DNA of 64,000 nucleotides from Octopus vulgaris (taxonomy: Eukaryota): NCBI GenBank assembly GCA_951406725.2, contig OX597830.1, positions 71,486,001 to 71,550,000 on the forward strand, given 5' to 3'. Positions 1-11,873 of the stretch are shown piece after piece. The notes beneath the pieces were generated by a model, which saw nothing but the letters and a program-made list of their open reading frames with translations, searched no databases and was not told where the DNA came from. How positions within the stretch are numbered: position 1 is the first letter of the stretch; the number at the start of each line of letters is the position of its first letter. A program made the translations under genes and the position numbers.

Positions 1-901
1 AAAGGGTGAGAGCTGAAGTTGGCTTCAGTCGTATTTGAAATTAGAACGTAAAGAATCCGAAGAAAAGTCCCTAAATATTTTATTAGACGCTCTGGCGACT
101 ACGCAAGCACGCAGGGGTACACGGTCTCAAATTGTAATTAGGAAAATAGTTGATAAAAATGAGCCCGGTATTTGACTTGTATATTATATGATCGACCCCA
201 AAAGGATGAAAGATAGAGTTCATGTCGGTGTTTGAAATTGGGATGCTAAGGTCTAGAATAAATATTGATTTCAAAATTTGGCACAAGGCCAGCGATTTCA
301 GTGAAGGGGATAAGTCGATTACATCAACCCCAATGCTCGACTAGTAATTATTTCGTCAACCACAAAAGGTTGGAAGGCAAAATCGACCTCAGCGGTATTT
401 GAACTCAGAACGTAAATGGATGAAATACCGTTAAACATTTTACACTTCAACCAGCTCACCACCTTATCCAGAATAAGTATTGTTTTCAAATTCTGGCATA
501 AGGCCAGCAATTTCAGGGGATGGCTAAGTCGATTACTGATACTTGATTTGTAGACCCCGAAAGGATGAAGGACAAAGCCGACCTCTGCGGAATTTGAACT
601 TAGAACGTAAGGTCAGACAAAATGCCGCAAAGCATTTTGCCCATCGAGCTAAATATTCTGCCAGCTAGCGGCTTTTATAATGATAATAAACCTTTCCACT
701 ATAGGCACAAGGGCTGAAATTTGGGCGAGGAAGCCAGTAGATGAGATCCATCCCTGTACGCAACTGATACTTAATTTATCGACTCCTATAGGATGAAAGG
801 CAAAGTCAACCGCTGCGGAATTTGAACCTCAGAATGTAGACATACGAAATTCCACAAAGCATTTTGCCTGGCATGCCAACTACTCTGCCAGCTAGCCGCT
901 T
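1..901 (-). mobile_element. Head-to-tail cluster of about 5 diverged tRNA-derived SINE copies (family A)
   Basis: Units of ~200 bp each carry variants of GACCCCGAAAGGATGAAAGGCAAAGTCGACC...GGAATTTGAACTCAGAACGTA. On the minus strand the head reads GGCGAGCTGGCAGAAT (A-box-like) ... GAGTTCAAATTCC (B box). Same family as the 15066 copy. Confidence 0.8.
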
Positions 902-1683
902 TTAAACTGATTGGAAGTGTTATCGTATACATCGTTTTGTCTTGGTATTAAAAAAATGGAGTGGAGGCGCGTGGCTTAGTGGTTAGAGTGTCAGCACTAT
1001 GATCGTAAGATTGTGGTTTTGATTCCTGGACAGGTAGACGCGTTGTGCTCTTGAGCAAAACACTTCATTTCACGTTGCTCCAGCCCACTCAGCTGGCAAA
1101 AATGAGTAACGCTGCGATGGACAGGCGTCCCGTCCTGCTGGGGAACACATACGCCATAGAAACCGGGAAACCGGGTCCATGAGCCTGGCTAGGCTTTAAA
1201 AGGGCGCATTTATTTATCTATTATAAAAGATGGGCTACAGCAAATATTCTGCTCCATACCAGAGATTTGCTTGTCAGTTGTATGACTTTAACCAGCTGAG
1301 CATGTCACTTGCTAGCTGACGATAGGTGCATCTCTAATCATGCGCAGAAGTAAGTGGGGAGCATCATAGTCACGTGTTGAGAGGAATTGTTTGGGATTTG
1401 GATAATTCACTTCTGGAAACATGGGTGTTTCGTTCAACAACCTTAAATAATCCTTATTCAGGGGCCTTTTGAGCAGGATGGGCCTCTCGACCTGCAGAAA
1501 ATTCTAACTGGGCCTCACCTGCAAGGCCATGCGCTGTTTATCTTGATCACCATGTCGGACACATATGGTCGGGATGCATGTGCCTAGTGTACCGTTATCA
1601 GACGGAGAGTTATGATGGGTATACTCGGCTTCGTACATTTTGCCCCAGTGTCACTTTGATGGAATGCACTGCTCTCTCACTCA
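902..1683. mobile_element. Probable interspersed repeat (possible non-LTR fragment) interrupted by the family D SINE
   Basis: Complex block of balanced GC content that rejoins across the SINE (GTCTTGGTAT|AAAAGATGGGCTACAG) and ends at an (AAT)n run. Single copy in the window, so the family assignment is inference. Confidence 0.35.
961..1218 (+). mobile_element. tRNA-derived SINE (family D)
   Basis: GGAGGCGCGTGGCTTAGTGGTTAG (A box), GGTTTTGATTCC (B-box-like), then CTTGAGCAAAACACTT and GCGATGGACAGGCGTCCCGTCC, ending in a (TTTA) tail. Degenerate flanking repeat TATTAAAAAAATGG (946-959) / TATTATAAAAGATGG (1219-1233). Related decayed copies at ~9540-9660 and ~51715-51880. Confidence 0.7.
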
Positions 1684-1709
1684 ATAATAATAATAATAAT
1701 AATAATGAT

Positions 1710-1911
1710 AATCCTTTCTACTGTAGGCACAAGGCCTGGATTTTGGCGGGACGGGGTTAAATCGATTACAACAACCACAATGTTTCACTGGTACTTAATT
1801 TACCGTCCCCGAAAGGATGAAAGACAAAGTTGAACTCCAAACATAGCGACGGGTGAAATATCGCTAAGCATTTCGTCCAGCGCGCTGATGATTCTGCCAG
1901 CTCGCAGCCTT
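1710..1911 (-). mobile_element. SINE family A copy
   Basis: CCCCGAAAGGATGAAAGACAAAGT ... GATTCTGCCAGCTCGCAGCCTT; (ATT)n tail on the minus strand. Confidence 0.75.
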
Positions 1912-2338
1912 GATATAAATACTAATAATAATATCTAACATTGTAATAATTTCTAACAGACACAAGACCACAAATTGGCTTGGGAGGGTTTTGTCTGTTA
2001 GATATCAACCGCAGCACTTGACAAGATCAAAGGCAGACGTCGAACGTTAGTGGGAATTAAATTTAGATGGTATAGTGGGGGCGCAACTACATACCAAGAT
2101 TCCATTACATATGGCGCTCTTACGATTCTATTTCCCAACGTATATTTACTTAAATGTAATGTAAAAATAGATACGTTTCAAAACGAGTCAAACACTTTGT
2201 TTGATTAAAGTTTATTAACAATTTTAATATGGTGAATAATATAACCAAACTATGTACAATGTCAGATTGTATAGCCGAACCGCAACGGATTCTTACTATG
2301 TCTAAAAACTTAATTCATATACACATGTGTTTGTGAGT

Positions 2339-2343
<5 letters not shown>

Positions 2344-2397
<54 letters not shown>

Positions 2398-2402
2398 TGC
2401 GT

Positions 2403-2433
<31 letters not shown>

Positions 2434-2469
2434 AGTGCGTTTGTATATATATATATATATATATCGTGC

Positions 2470-2507
<38 letters not shown>

Positions 2508-3225
2508 CAGAAAGCAATTTAATTGAGTAAAGATTATACACACAAACAGGAATATTAATTAATACACTAAAACAGTAAGCAGATACACACACACACACAC
2601 ACACACATAAACGCGCACGCACACACATGCACGCGCTTGTACGAAGAGTCTAACATCTAGAAACTTCAACATAATAGGTCTGTATAAAGAAAGAACATTT
2701 ATACATGTATGCCTACGTACATACATACATAAATACATACATACATACATACATACATACATAGAATCATACAAACAGACATACTAACATACACGCACGT
2801 GCATGCACATACACACGCACACATCCATGTTTCAATTAGTACGTCGAAAAGGGAAGGCCCTTTAGAAACTAAATCCCAAAGCTAATTAAACTGGCGCCCA
2901 GACCAGTGTCTTGAATGCAACGGAGCACAATGTTTTACATCAAATTACATATGTAAGCAGACGCATATATGTATGTATGTATGTGACTGTGCGTATATAT
3001 GTATGCGCCGCGTGTATGTGTGCCTGTGTGTATGTATATGTGTGTGTGTATGTATGTATATAATATATATATATATATACACATATATATGTATGTATAT
3101 GTATATATATATGCATATATATATGTTTTCATAAATATAAACATACATATATACACTTACATATATACACATATATATGTGTATGTATATACATACTATA
3201 CATACAAATATATATATATACATAC

Positions 3226-3265
<40 letters not shown>

Positions 3266-3438
3266 ATTGATATATAAATATATACATATTTATGTATATA
3301 TATTTATATATACACCTATATATATATATATACATACATATGTAAACATATATTACTTATATAAAGGCCACAATAAATTTATCTCTCTCCAGATAGAGTA
3401 CATTTTTGTTGAGTTTTCTATCACAGATGAGTGCTTTC

Positions 3439-3474
<36 letters not shown>

Positions 3475-3810
3475 TATGTGTGCGTACATATATATATACG
3501 TATGTGTGTATATGTTTCTCTATAAATTTTTGCATATAGCCGTGTGTGTGTCTCTGTGTATATTATGTGCATACATGTACGTGTATGTATACATCTACCT
3601 GTGTGTATACACATTCACACACATAGACACACATACACATGTATAAAGAGCACAAGAGAAAGAGAGACGAGGCAAGCGAGGCAAATATATGTGTGCTCCA
3701 TCATGGCCGCATATACATGGCTGAAACGAGCAATAACGTATACTGCATATATATTTAGATAGACAGACAGATAGATAGATAGATTGATATGTATATCTGT
3801 ATATATACAC
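2344..3810. repeat. Compound microsatellite field ((TA)n, (CA)n, (TACA)n, (TAGA)n)
   Basis: Directly visible; includes a short (TA)n-TCAGTGCGTTTG minisatellite at ~2344-2505. Confidence 0.85.
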
Positions 3811-4573
3811 ACATGAAAATATAAATATTACTAAAATAATATTAACATCCAGTAAGATATAGTAGGATTATAAACATATAACCCAGGTGTATATGACATA
3901 CGATTATTGCTAGAAATAGCATCCGATATGTTTTAGGCGCTATGTAGAGCTTCACTGAATATTTAGAGGCAGAGATGTGTGCGGGCGGTGAATATAGGAA
4001 AATTCTGTCTTACCTCTACGGCGACCGTTAGAGGAATAAAGGATAACTCAATACTGCAGTTTCAAACTCTTCAAATCACGTGCCTGAGCGCGAATCTGAT
4101 TGGTTAACACCGGTTGAGTCAACCATGAAGGACCAGATTTTAAAATATCCACTACATCTCTGCCTGTTTACTCGGCTGATATCTCCAGTCATAATCCGAA
4201 CCAACATCAGTGAAAATATATGCAGGAAAATATAAATATTTTTGAAATAATATTAATATCCAGCAGTAGAATTACAAGCAGAGATGCGTGCGAGTGGTGA
4301 ATGTAGGTGGCCATAGCAATTAAAACCCCCAAAAGGTAAAATTAATAAATGAAGATGCAAAATACCACCTGCAATTGCTAGAAGTGATAGTCAAAGTTTC
4401 ACTCGAACAGCCACACAAAAGCACTAACATTATGCGGTATTTGGGAATTGGAGCAGCAAGCCACAACATCTTTCTCCGGCGAAATAAACTCACAGAAGTA
4501 GTTTGATAAAACCTTAACACGTGATTTCGAAATTTGATCAACCTGTTTTTGTTTCTCATCAGAGGTTTCCAAA

Positions 4574-4619
4574 GACACCTGATGAAGGCTGGAGTGTATA
4601 TCAGCCGAAACGTTGTGTT
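4574..4619 (+). ncRNA. Minimal type-I hammerhead ribozyme motif, Penelope-type (HHR family 1)
   Basis: Stem I GACAC (4574-78)/GTGTT (4615-19); core CTGATGA (4579-85) plus an extra A; stem II GGCTG/CAGCC with a 10-nt loop; GAAA (4607-10); palindromic AACGTT stem III; predicted cleavage after GUU (4614). Confidence 0.7.
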
Positions 4620-4844
4620 AACAATAAACAATATGAGGACAAATATCCGTCAAAAGAAAATAATGGAGATTGCTCCTTGTTTAAAACTCTTCAGACCAGT
4701 AGAGTGCTTGGGTCTACATTATTGAACGTGTCCCGATTATTTATATGTATACATCTTCGGGGTGAATTCTTTTATTGGAAATTCTAGCTGAATCCAGCAA
4801 CTAATCCCCACGTGAATTAGAGACCACACACACACACACACACA

Positions 4845-5114
<270 letters not shown>

Positions 5115-5590
5115 TGCGTGTGTGTATGTATGTATGTTTGTGTGTATATGTATGTGTGTGTGTGTGTGCGTGAATAAAATGAACGAATCCCCGCCTTGTT
5201 GCAGTAAGAAATAAATATGAGAAAGTGTCTTTCTGTACACATGCTTTGATTCTTTCGGAATATATAAATAATAATAATAATAATAATAATAACGAAATTG
5301 CGAAGGTGATGAACAAAACAAGAAACTGAAATGAAGATGAAGACTGAAGAAAACGAATACTGTAAGCAGACTTACGCGCACGCGCGCATTCATGTAAAGA
5401 TACAAATGTATGAGCTTCGTAAGAAGTCCATTATGAATAATTTAAGCAGATCAAAAGTAGATATTTACGATTTCCAGGTGGAATGCTAGCTATAAAAGAT
5501 GCGAATATTATCTGCAAGCAGAAAATCACTTGATGACTGAAGCTGCTGCTGTGATGAAATCTATAGATCAGACAGTTATACGTGTGTGTA

Positions 5591-5629
<39 letters not shown>

Positions 5630-5954
5630 CACATAAATATATTTACATATTTACATTTATACATGAACATTGATATCTGCATACATTTGTATGCATGCAT
5701 ATGTGTGTGTGTGTGTATGTGTGTTCGTATAATGATTTTGTCAAGATGTTTGAGAATTTGAATTTCCACATTATAAGTTTATATTATAATTTACGACCAC
5801 TATTTAACGAGTCTGTTATGAATATTTGATATTGTAATCATGTATTAATTGGATAGTTAACTGGCGTTTTAGCCATAAAATCTTACAGTTACTACCCGTC
5901 CTGCCTACGACGACAACGACGACGATCACCACCACCACCGCCGCCACCACCACC

Positions 5955-5986
<32 letters not shown>

Positions 5987-6344
5987 CACCATCGCGGCCG
6001 CTGCTTCTGCCACTGCTGCTGCTACTACTACTACTACTACTAGTAACATTGTTAATGATAATAATCGTTTTAATTATAAGTTTTTATGTACGTAGAGACG
6101 CATAGAATTACAGACATATATTTAAGAAATAAAATACAATGCGAAATACAATACGTACATAACTATTGTCAAAGAATGAGAGAATGGTGTTAAGAATGGA
6201 AGGGAGCGAGAGAATGTGATCGAGAGATCAACGCAGTAGGTATTTGGACTTTTAAAACAGTAAGCAGCGGTTTTATTTGGTAAAATCTTATGTCTGTTCT
6301 ATTTGATCAGCACCACGTTTGTTGCAAGCATTCACATATTAACA

Positions 6345-6504
6345 TAGGTGGCGTGGATGTGCCGTAAGAGACTGGCTTCCTAACTAGAAGGTTCCGAGTT
6401 CAGTTCCAATACGTGGCACCTTGGGAAAATGTTTTCTTCGATAACCTCCGGCCGACCAAAGCCTTGTGAGCAGATTAGGCAGATAGAAACTGAAAATTCG
6501 ACGC

Positions 6505-6549
<45 letters not shown>

Positions 6550-6704
6550 GAGTGACTGTGTGGTAAGTAGCTTGCTTACCAACCAGATGGTTCTTGGTTC
6601 AGTCCCACTGCATGGCACCTTGGGCAAGTGTCTTCTACTATAACCTCGGGCCAACCAAAGCCTTGTGAGTGGATTTGGTAGACGGAAACTGAAAGAAGCC
6701 CGTC

Positions 6705-6760
<56 letters not shown>

Positions 6761-7302
6761 TATTAAAATGTATTTCAAAGAATATATAAAAGGGATCATG
6801 AGTTTTGGGCAGCTCAATAAAGTAATCCAGCTCTGTAAATATTATTACGATGCTTTGTGTATTGTATGTCAACAGGGCACTTTGAAACTTCCGTTAAACA
6901 AAATATACATAATGGGAAGAACATGAATGAAAGGAAGGATGTTGGCCTGGTTGTGTGGTAAGAAGCTTGCTTCCCAACTACATGGTTTCAGGTTCAATCC
7001 CACTGCATAGCACCTTGGGCAAGTGTCTCATACCAAAACCTTGTGAGTGGATTTGGTAAACGGAAACTGAAGGAAGCCTGTCGTGTATATACATGCAAAT
7101 ATAATTCTGTGTGTGTGTGTGTTTCCCCCCCCCCCCCCCATCGCTTGACAGCCGATATTAGTGTGTTTATTTACATCACCGAAACATAGCTGTTCGGCAA
7201 ATGAGACCGATAGAATAAGTCCTGGGATCGATTCGTTTGACTAAAGGCAGTGCTCCAGCATGGCCGCAGTCAAATGACTGGCACAAGTAAAAGAATAAAA
7301 GA
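6345..7302 (+). mobile_element. Three SINE family B copies (~6345-6507, 6548-6706, ~6945-7302)
   Basis: Head TGGCTGTGTGGTAAG...GGTTCAGTCCC, followed by GGCACCTTGGGCAAGTGTCTT (resembles the CORE-SINE motif CCTTGGGCAAGT). Internal microsatellite; the third copy has the 3' end GCTCCAGCATGGCCGCAGTCAAATGACTG. Confidence 0.8.
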
Positions 7303-7524
7303 ATATATATATATATAGGTCCTTCCTTTCTAAAGACGGAAATCATTGATTTCATTTCGCTTGTCACAAAAGTTCCTCCTTTTTAGAGTGAAAATAAAGA
7401 CATGATTTGCGTTTTTGCGAATAACACAAGTAACAAATGTAAAATAGTTTCTAAACAGAGAAGGTAACATTCCTCGTTGTCGTCGGCTGCCCGTCGTAAG
7501 TTGACAGTTCTGTCCAAATTTCTT

Positions 7525-7790
7525 TTGAACTCAGAACGTAGCCGCAGACGAAATACCTATTTCTTTTCTACCCACAAGGGACTAAACACAGAGGGAACAA
7601 ACAACGACAGACATAGGTATTAAGTCGATTACATCGACCCCAGTGCGGAACTGGTACTTATTTAATCGACCCCGAAACGATGAAAGGCAAAGTCGACCTC
7701 GGCGGAATTTGAACTCAGAACGTAGCGGCAGATGAAATACCGGTAAGCTTTTCGCCCGGCGTGCTAATGATTCTGCCAGCTCGTCGTCTT
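7525..7790 (-). mobile_element. Young SINE family A copy abutting a fragment of another family A copy
   Basis: Near-identical to the 10022-10247, 15066-15297 and 38117-38348 copies; junction GAAATACC|TATTTC at ~7550-7563. Confidence 0.85.
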
Positions 7791-7810
7791 ACGAGACTTT
7801 TCAATATTGA

Positions 7811-8070
7811 GATAGAAAATGTGTACCGTGCCATGAAAGTGTAGAAGATATCACCCACACCATCTTTAGCTGTTTAAAAATATACGCATGATACTACCGT
7901 CAAATGAGACGCATCATTGTCACCAAAATCTGAAAGGGTTACCAGTAAATTCCCATCTGCGTAGAGCATCTTGATGCTATATGAAGGAATCATTATTCTG
8001 CTGGCCATACCAGAAACGAAATGCATTCACACATTTAAGCATTAAAAAATATTGGTGGAACACACCGTTT
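7811..8070 (+). pseudogene. Decayed non-LTR retrotransposon fragment: C-terminal CCHC zinc knuckle of a restriction-like-endonuclease LINE (R4/Dong-like)
   Basis: The frame from 7811 reads DRKCVPCHESVEDITHTIFSCLKIYA*YYRQMRRIIVTKI, i.e. C-x2-C-x8-H-x4-C followed by a degenerate R-H-D/N-x-V motif. Further on PETKCIHTFKH* and, after a frameshift, YWWNTP. Stops and frameshifts present. Confidence 0.6.
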
Positions 8071-8423
8071 CTTCAGACATATCAGACATTTTTTTTTTCT
8101 TTAATGGCATGTAAATTTTGAGAAATCTTGGTTCTGAGATTGTCTCCCCTTCAATAGAGGAGCTGGTACCAATAGCAACAGAGCAATTTATCTACCCTCT
8201 TTTGAGATGGAGATAATTTCAAGAAATCAAGAATTTATCCTGTGCGTTATAGAAATGAAACCTTATTTGTCTTCGTCGTCCAAATATATTTACTACAGCA
8301 CTAGAGACTGAGTTTTCTCTTTGCTCAATTACGTTGCTTGCGCGATTGTGTATGTGTGTTTCTATATATCTCTGTATCACAATATACTTGTATGTATGTG
8401 CGTATATGTGTGTATAAGTGTGC

Positions 8424-8461
<38 letters not shown>

Positions 8462-8685
8462 CATATACTTAAATTCCTATGTATTTGTATATCTCTCTCT
8501 CTGTGTATGTGTATGTATGTTTGTGTATCCATACATATACATGCATGCTTATAAGCAGTCGCGCGTATATGTGAATGTATGTATATTATATAAGCGTATA
8601 TATTGGTGTTTATATACATATGTGTGTGTGTGTGTGTGCGTGTGTGGACGTGTGTGCATATGTACTCGCTTGTATGCGTACAAAC

Positions 8686-8774
<89 letters not shown>

Positions 8775-9864
8775 GGAAATTGACAAGTAAAGAAGTATGA
8801 CTAGCTGATAGGTTGTCGAGAGGGTTGGGTCGGGGAGGGCGTAACAGTTTGCAAGTATGTGGGGAGGAGGGGTAGCTGGCAAGGAAGTATAGGATAGGAA
8901 TAAAACACTCCCATACACGCATGTATACATTTATATGCATACATACAACACACACACACGCACTTACATACATACTTACATTTATATATGTAAATACATA
9001 CATACACACACGCGAAGGATGCGTTAACGTGTCCCTTCTTTCTTCTTAAGAGAATAATGGTAAGTAGCAGAAGTGAGAATTGCAATTGTCTTCATATTCT
9101 GGTTCCATTAGCTTTCTGGCGTCTGTGAAATCAATATTGTCCAGCAATGATCTATTTCCTTTCAAATTATGTTAGCTTTACTTCTCTACATATGTTGCTA
9201 TAACTGTTGTTGTTGTTGCTTTTGTTGCTAATACTGTTATTGTTTTTGTTGCTGTTAGCGGTTCTACTTCCGATTGTTGTTGCTGTTGGTGTTGTTGGCC
9301 GGAATTCTAATATGTACTTACAATTTGTTGTTAACATTATAGATAGCCTTATTGTAGTTACTGTTATTGTTTTCGCTATTTTCGTTACCACTTCTCATGT
9401 TTTTGCTGGTATTGGACCAAAGTGTTGGTAAGAATCGTTGGTGCAGCGTACAGAATTGTTTGTGGTATTTCTTAGTTACGATCCCTTATATTCTGAATTC
9501 AAACCCCATCATAGTCATAGATTTTCCTTTATATACTTACAGAGCGCGTGGCCTAGTCGTCAGAGGTCTGCACTGTGGATCGCAAAATTGTGGTTTCGCG
9601 GACCAGGTACTGCGTTATGTTATCGAGCGAAGCAATTAATCTCACGTTACTCTCTGTCGTCACTTGGGCATCTGACGTGTGGCACACCGTGCACCTGTAC
9701 AGATAATCTCGTATTAATAGAGGCAATGAGCTTCTGTTCAGTTTAAACCGTTGGCGACTACAAACCCATCATCTGTGCTGATTGTTCAGCAAATAATTGC
9801 AGAATCCTCATCTCTCGGGCACAGTAGAATCTAAGACATATAGAAGTCAATAAAATGATTTCAT

Positions 9865-10247
9865 ATTCTGGCACTAGGCTAGCGATTTCAAGTGAAGGGA
9901 TAAGTCGATTACAGCGACCTTTGTATTCAATTGGTTCTTATTTTATCGATCCCGAGAGGATGAAAGGCAAAGTCGACCTCGGCGGAATTTGAACTCAGAA
10001 CGTTCCGGCAGACGAAATACCAATTTCTTTACTACCCACAAGGGGCTAAACACAGAGAGGACAAACAAGGACAGACAAACGGATTAAGTCGATTACATCG
10101 ACCCCAGTGCGCAACTGGTACTTATTTAATCGACCCCGAAAGGATGAAAGGCAAAGTCGACCTAGGCGGAATTTGAACTCAGAACGTAGCGGCTGACGAA
10201 ATACCGCTAAGTATTTCGCCCGGCGTGCTAACATTTCTGCCAGCTCA
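9865..10247 (-). mobile_element. Two SINE family A copies: a young copy (10022-10247) joined to an older one
   Basis: The AAGGCAAAGTCGACCT...GGAATTTGAACTCAGAACGT core occurs twice; junction GAAATACC|AATTTC at ~10014-10027. Confidence 0.85.
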
Positions 10248-10387
10248 GTCTTAGTGTGGTGATTGTGCAGTCAAAAGCTGAGATTGTTCTCCCCCACTCC
10301 ACCATCTCTCCGGCCTTGTGTCTATGTAAGATGTTATATTTTATTGTTTCTGTAGTAGCTGCTGTTGTTGTTGTTGCTCATACTATT

Positions 10388-10630
10388 CCTTAGAAATTGT
10401 CGAGGTGGTCCTGGGGTTGATGAGGTTGTTGACAATGAGAGTAACCGAATAAAATCATCAACCAATGACATTGGATGGCTCTTAAGCATCGTAACCATCC
10501 AGGGATTAGCAGGCTGCAATGCAGTTAATAGTGCAAAATGTGGTAGCAGAGGGTATCCAGAGTGTTGTCCTGGATTCGATCCGACACCCTTGAGGTTCAG
10601 TAGGATTCTTATCCGAAGATCTGCAATTCA
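10388..10630 (-). pseudogene. Possible decayed N-terminus of an APE-type LINE ORF (2A-like NPG motif plus Cys/His-rich region)
   Basis: Minus frame reads IADLRIRILLNLKGVGSNPGQHSGYP...PGPPRQFLR; a neighbouring frame gives HCSLL..GWLRC. Resembles hydrophobic-G(D)VExNPGP leaders followed by a PHD-like finger; degenerate, so inference only. Confidence 0.3.
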
Positions 10631-10844
10631 GCTTACTACCCAACGTCATCGATGACAACATGGTAGTGGTGATGATTATGATGATGTTGATGGCAACGAC
10701 ACTAAACACCACCAGTGTGATGAGGAAGATGTGACGATGATGACAACGAAGATGGTAAACATGTGGATGATAAGATAACGACGATAACCACAACTGTCAC
10801 GATTGGGATGATGATCATGTGTGTGTGTGTGTGTGTGTGTGTCT

Positions 10845-11152
10845 GTGGAGGCGCAATGGCCCAGTGGTTAGGGCAGCAGGCTCGCGGTTGTAGGATCGCG
10901 GTTTCGATTCCCAGACCGGGCGTTGTGAGTGTTTATTGAGCGAAAACACTTAAAGCTCCCCGAGGACTCGGCAGGGGATGGTGGCGATCCCTGCTGTACT
11001 CTTTTGCCGCAACTTTCTCTCACTCTTTCTTCTGTTGGCCTGCTCGCTTAGCCAGCTGGGTGGTGTCATTTGAAGGCTAAAACAATGTGAAGCGCATTGT
11101 GACCAGCGATGTGTAGCAACATCTGATAGCCTGGTCAATCACGGTGATCACG

Positions 11153-11157
<5 letters not shown>
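10845..11157 (+). mobile_element. tRNA-derived SINE family C, tail type 1
   Basis: GGAGGCGCAATGGCCCAGTGGTTAGGG (A box), GTTTCGATTCCC (B box), TTATTGAGCGAAAACAC; ends ...ATCACGGTGATCACGGTGA before (TA)n. Confidence 0.8.
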
Positions 11158-11189
<32 letters not shown>

Positions 11190-11636
11190 TTTTAAAAATA
11201 ATTATATTAATTACAATAATATATTCTTCAAAAAATAATAAATTTTAAAAATATACTATTGTCGATTTTGTTGCCTCCATGTTTGTTTTGATTAATCCTT
11301 TTACGGCGGCGTGTAAAATCATTACTAATCCGGACAAAATTTGTAACAGCATTTCCTCCAGCTGTTTAAGTCCAGGGTTCAAATTCTGCCGTACTTTAAC
11401 ATTGTTTTTTGTAATTTCGGTGTCGATAAACCACGTATCACTTGAGTGCTGGTTGTTGATGTAATTTGCTAGCCCTCACTCTCAAAATTACTGACCTTAT
11501 GACAAAATTAGAAGTAATTATTTACTCCTTGTTGTTGTTTTTTTGTTGCGTTGATAATTATTATTGATGGTGTTGATGTTGTTACGGTAGCGATAGTAGT
11601 AGTAGTGGTGGTGGTGGTAATAGTGGTGGGAGTAGT

Positions 11637-11792
11637 AGTACAGCGGGGTTCACCTGCCCACCCCGCCGGAGCCTCGTTGAGCTTAGGTGTTTTTGCTCAA
11701 TAAACACTCACAATGCCCGGTCTGGGAATCGAAACTGCGTTCTTACGACCGCGAGTCCGCTGCCCTAACCACTGGGCCAATTGCGCCTCCAC
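11637..11792 (-). mobile_element. SINE family C, 3'-truncated, in inverted orientation to the 10845 copy
   Basis: Reverse complement: GGAGGCGCAATTGGCCCAGTGGTTAGGGCAGCGGACTCGCGGTCGTAAGAACGCAGTTTCGATTCCCAGACCGGGC. Confidence 0.8.
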
Positions 11793-11841
11793 CTTTGCTG
11801 TTATTGGTAGTCGTGGTAGTAGCAGCAGTAGTAGTAGTAGT

Positions 11842-11873
<32 letters not shown>

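Noticed and set aside
10845-10925. tRNA genes at the SINE heads (also 961, 11792, 32149, 37937)
   Set aside because: A and B boxes are present but no complete cloverleaf is evident, and each continues into a repeated SINE body.
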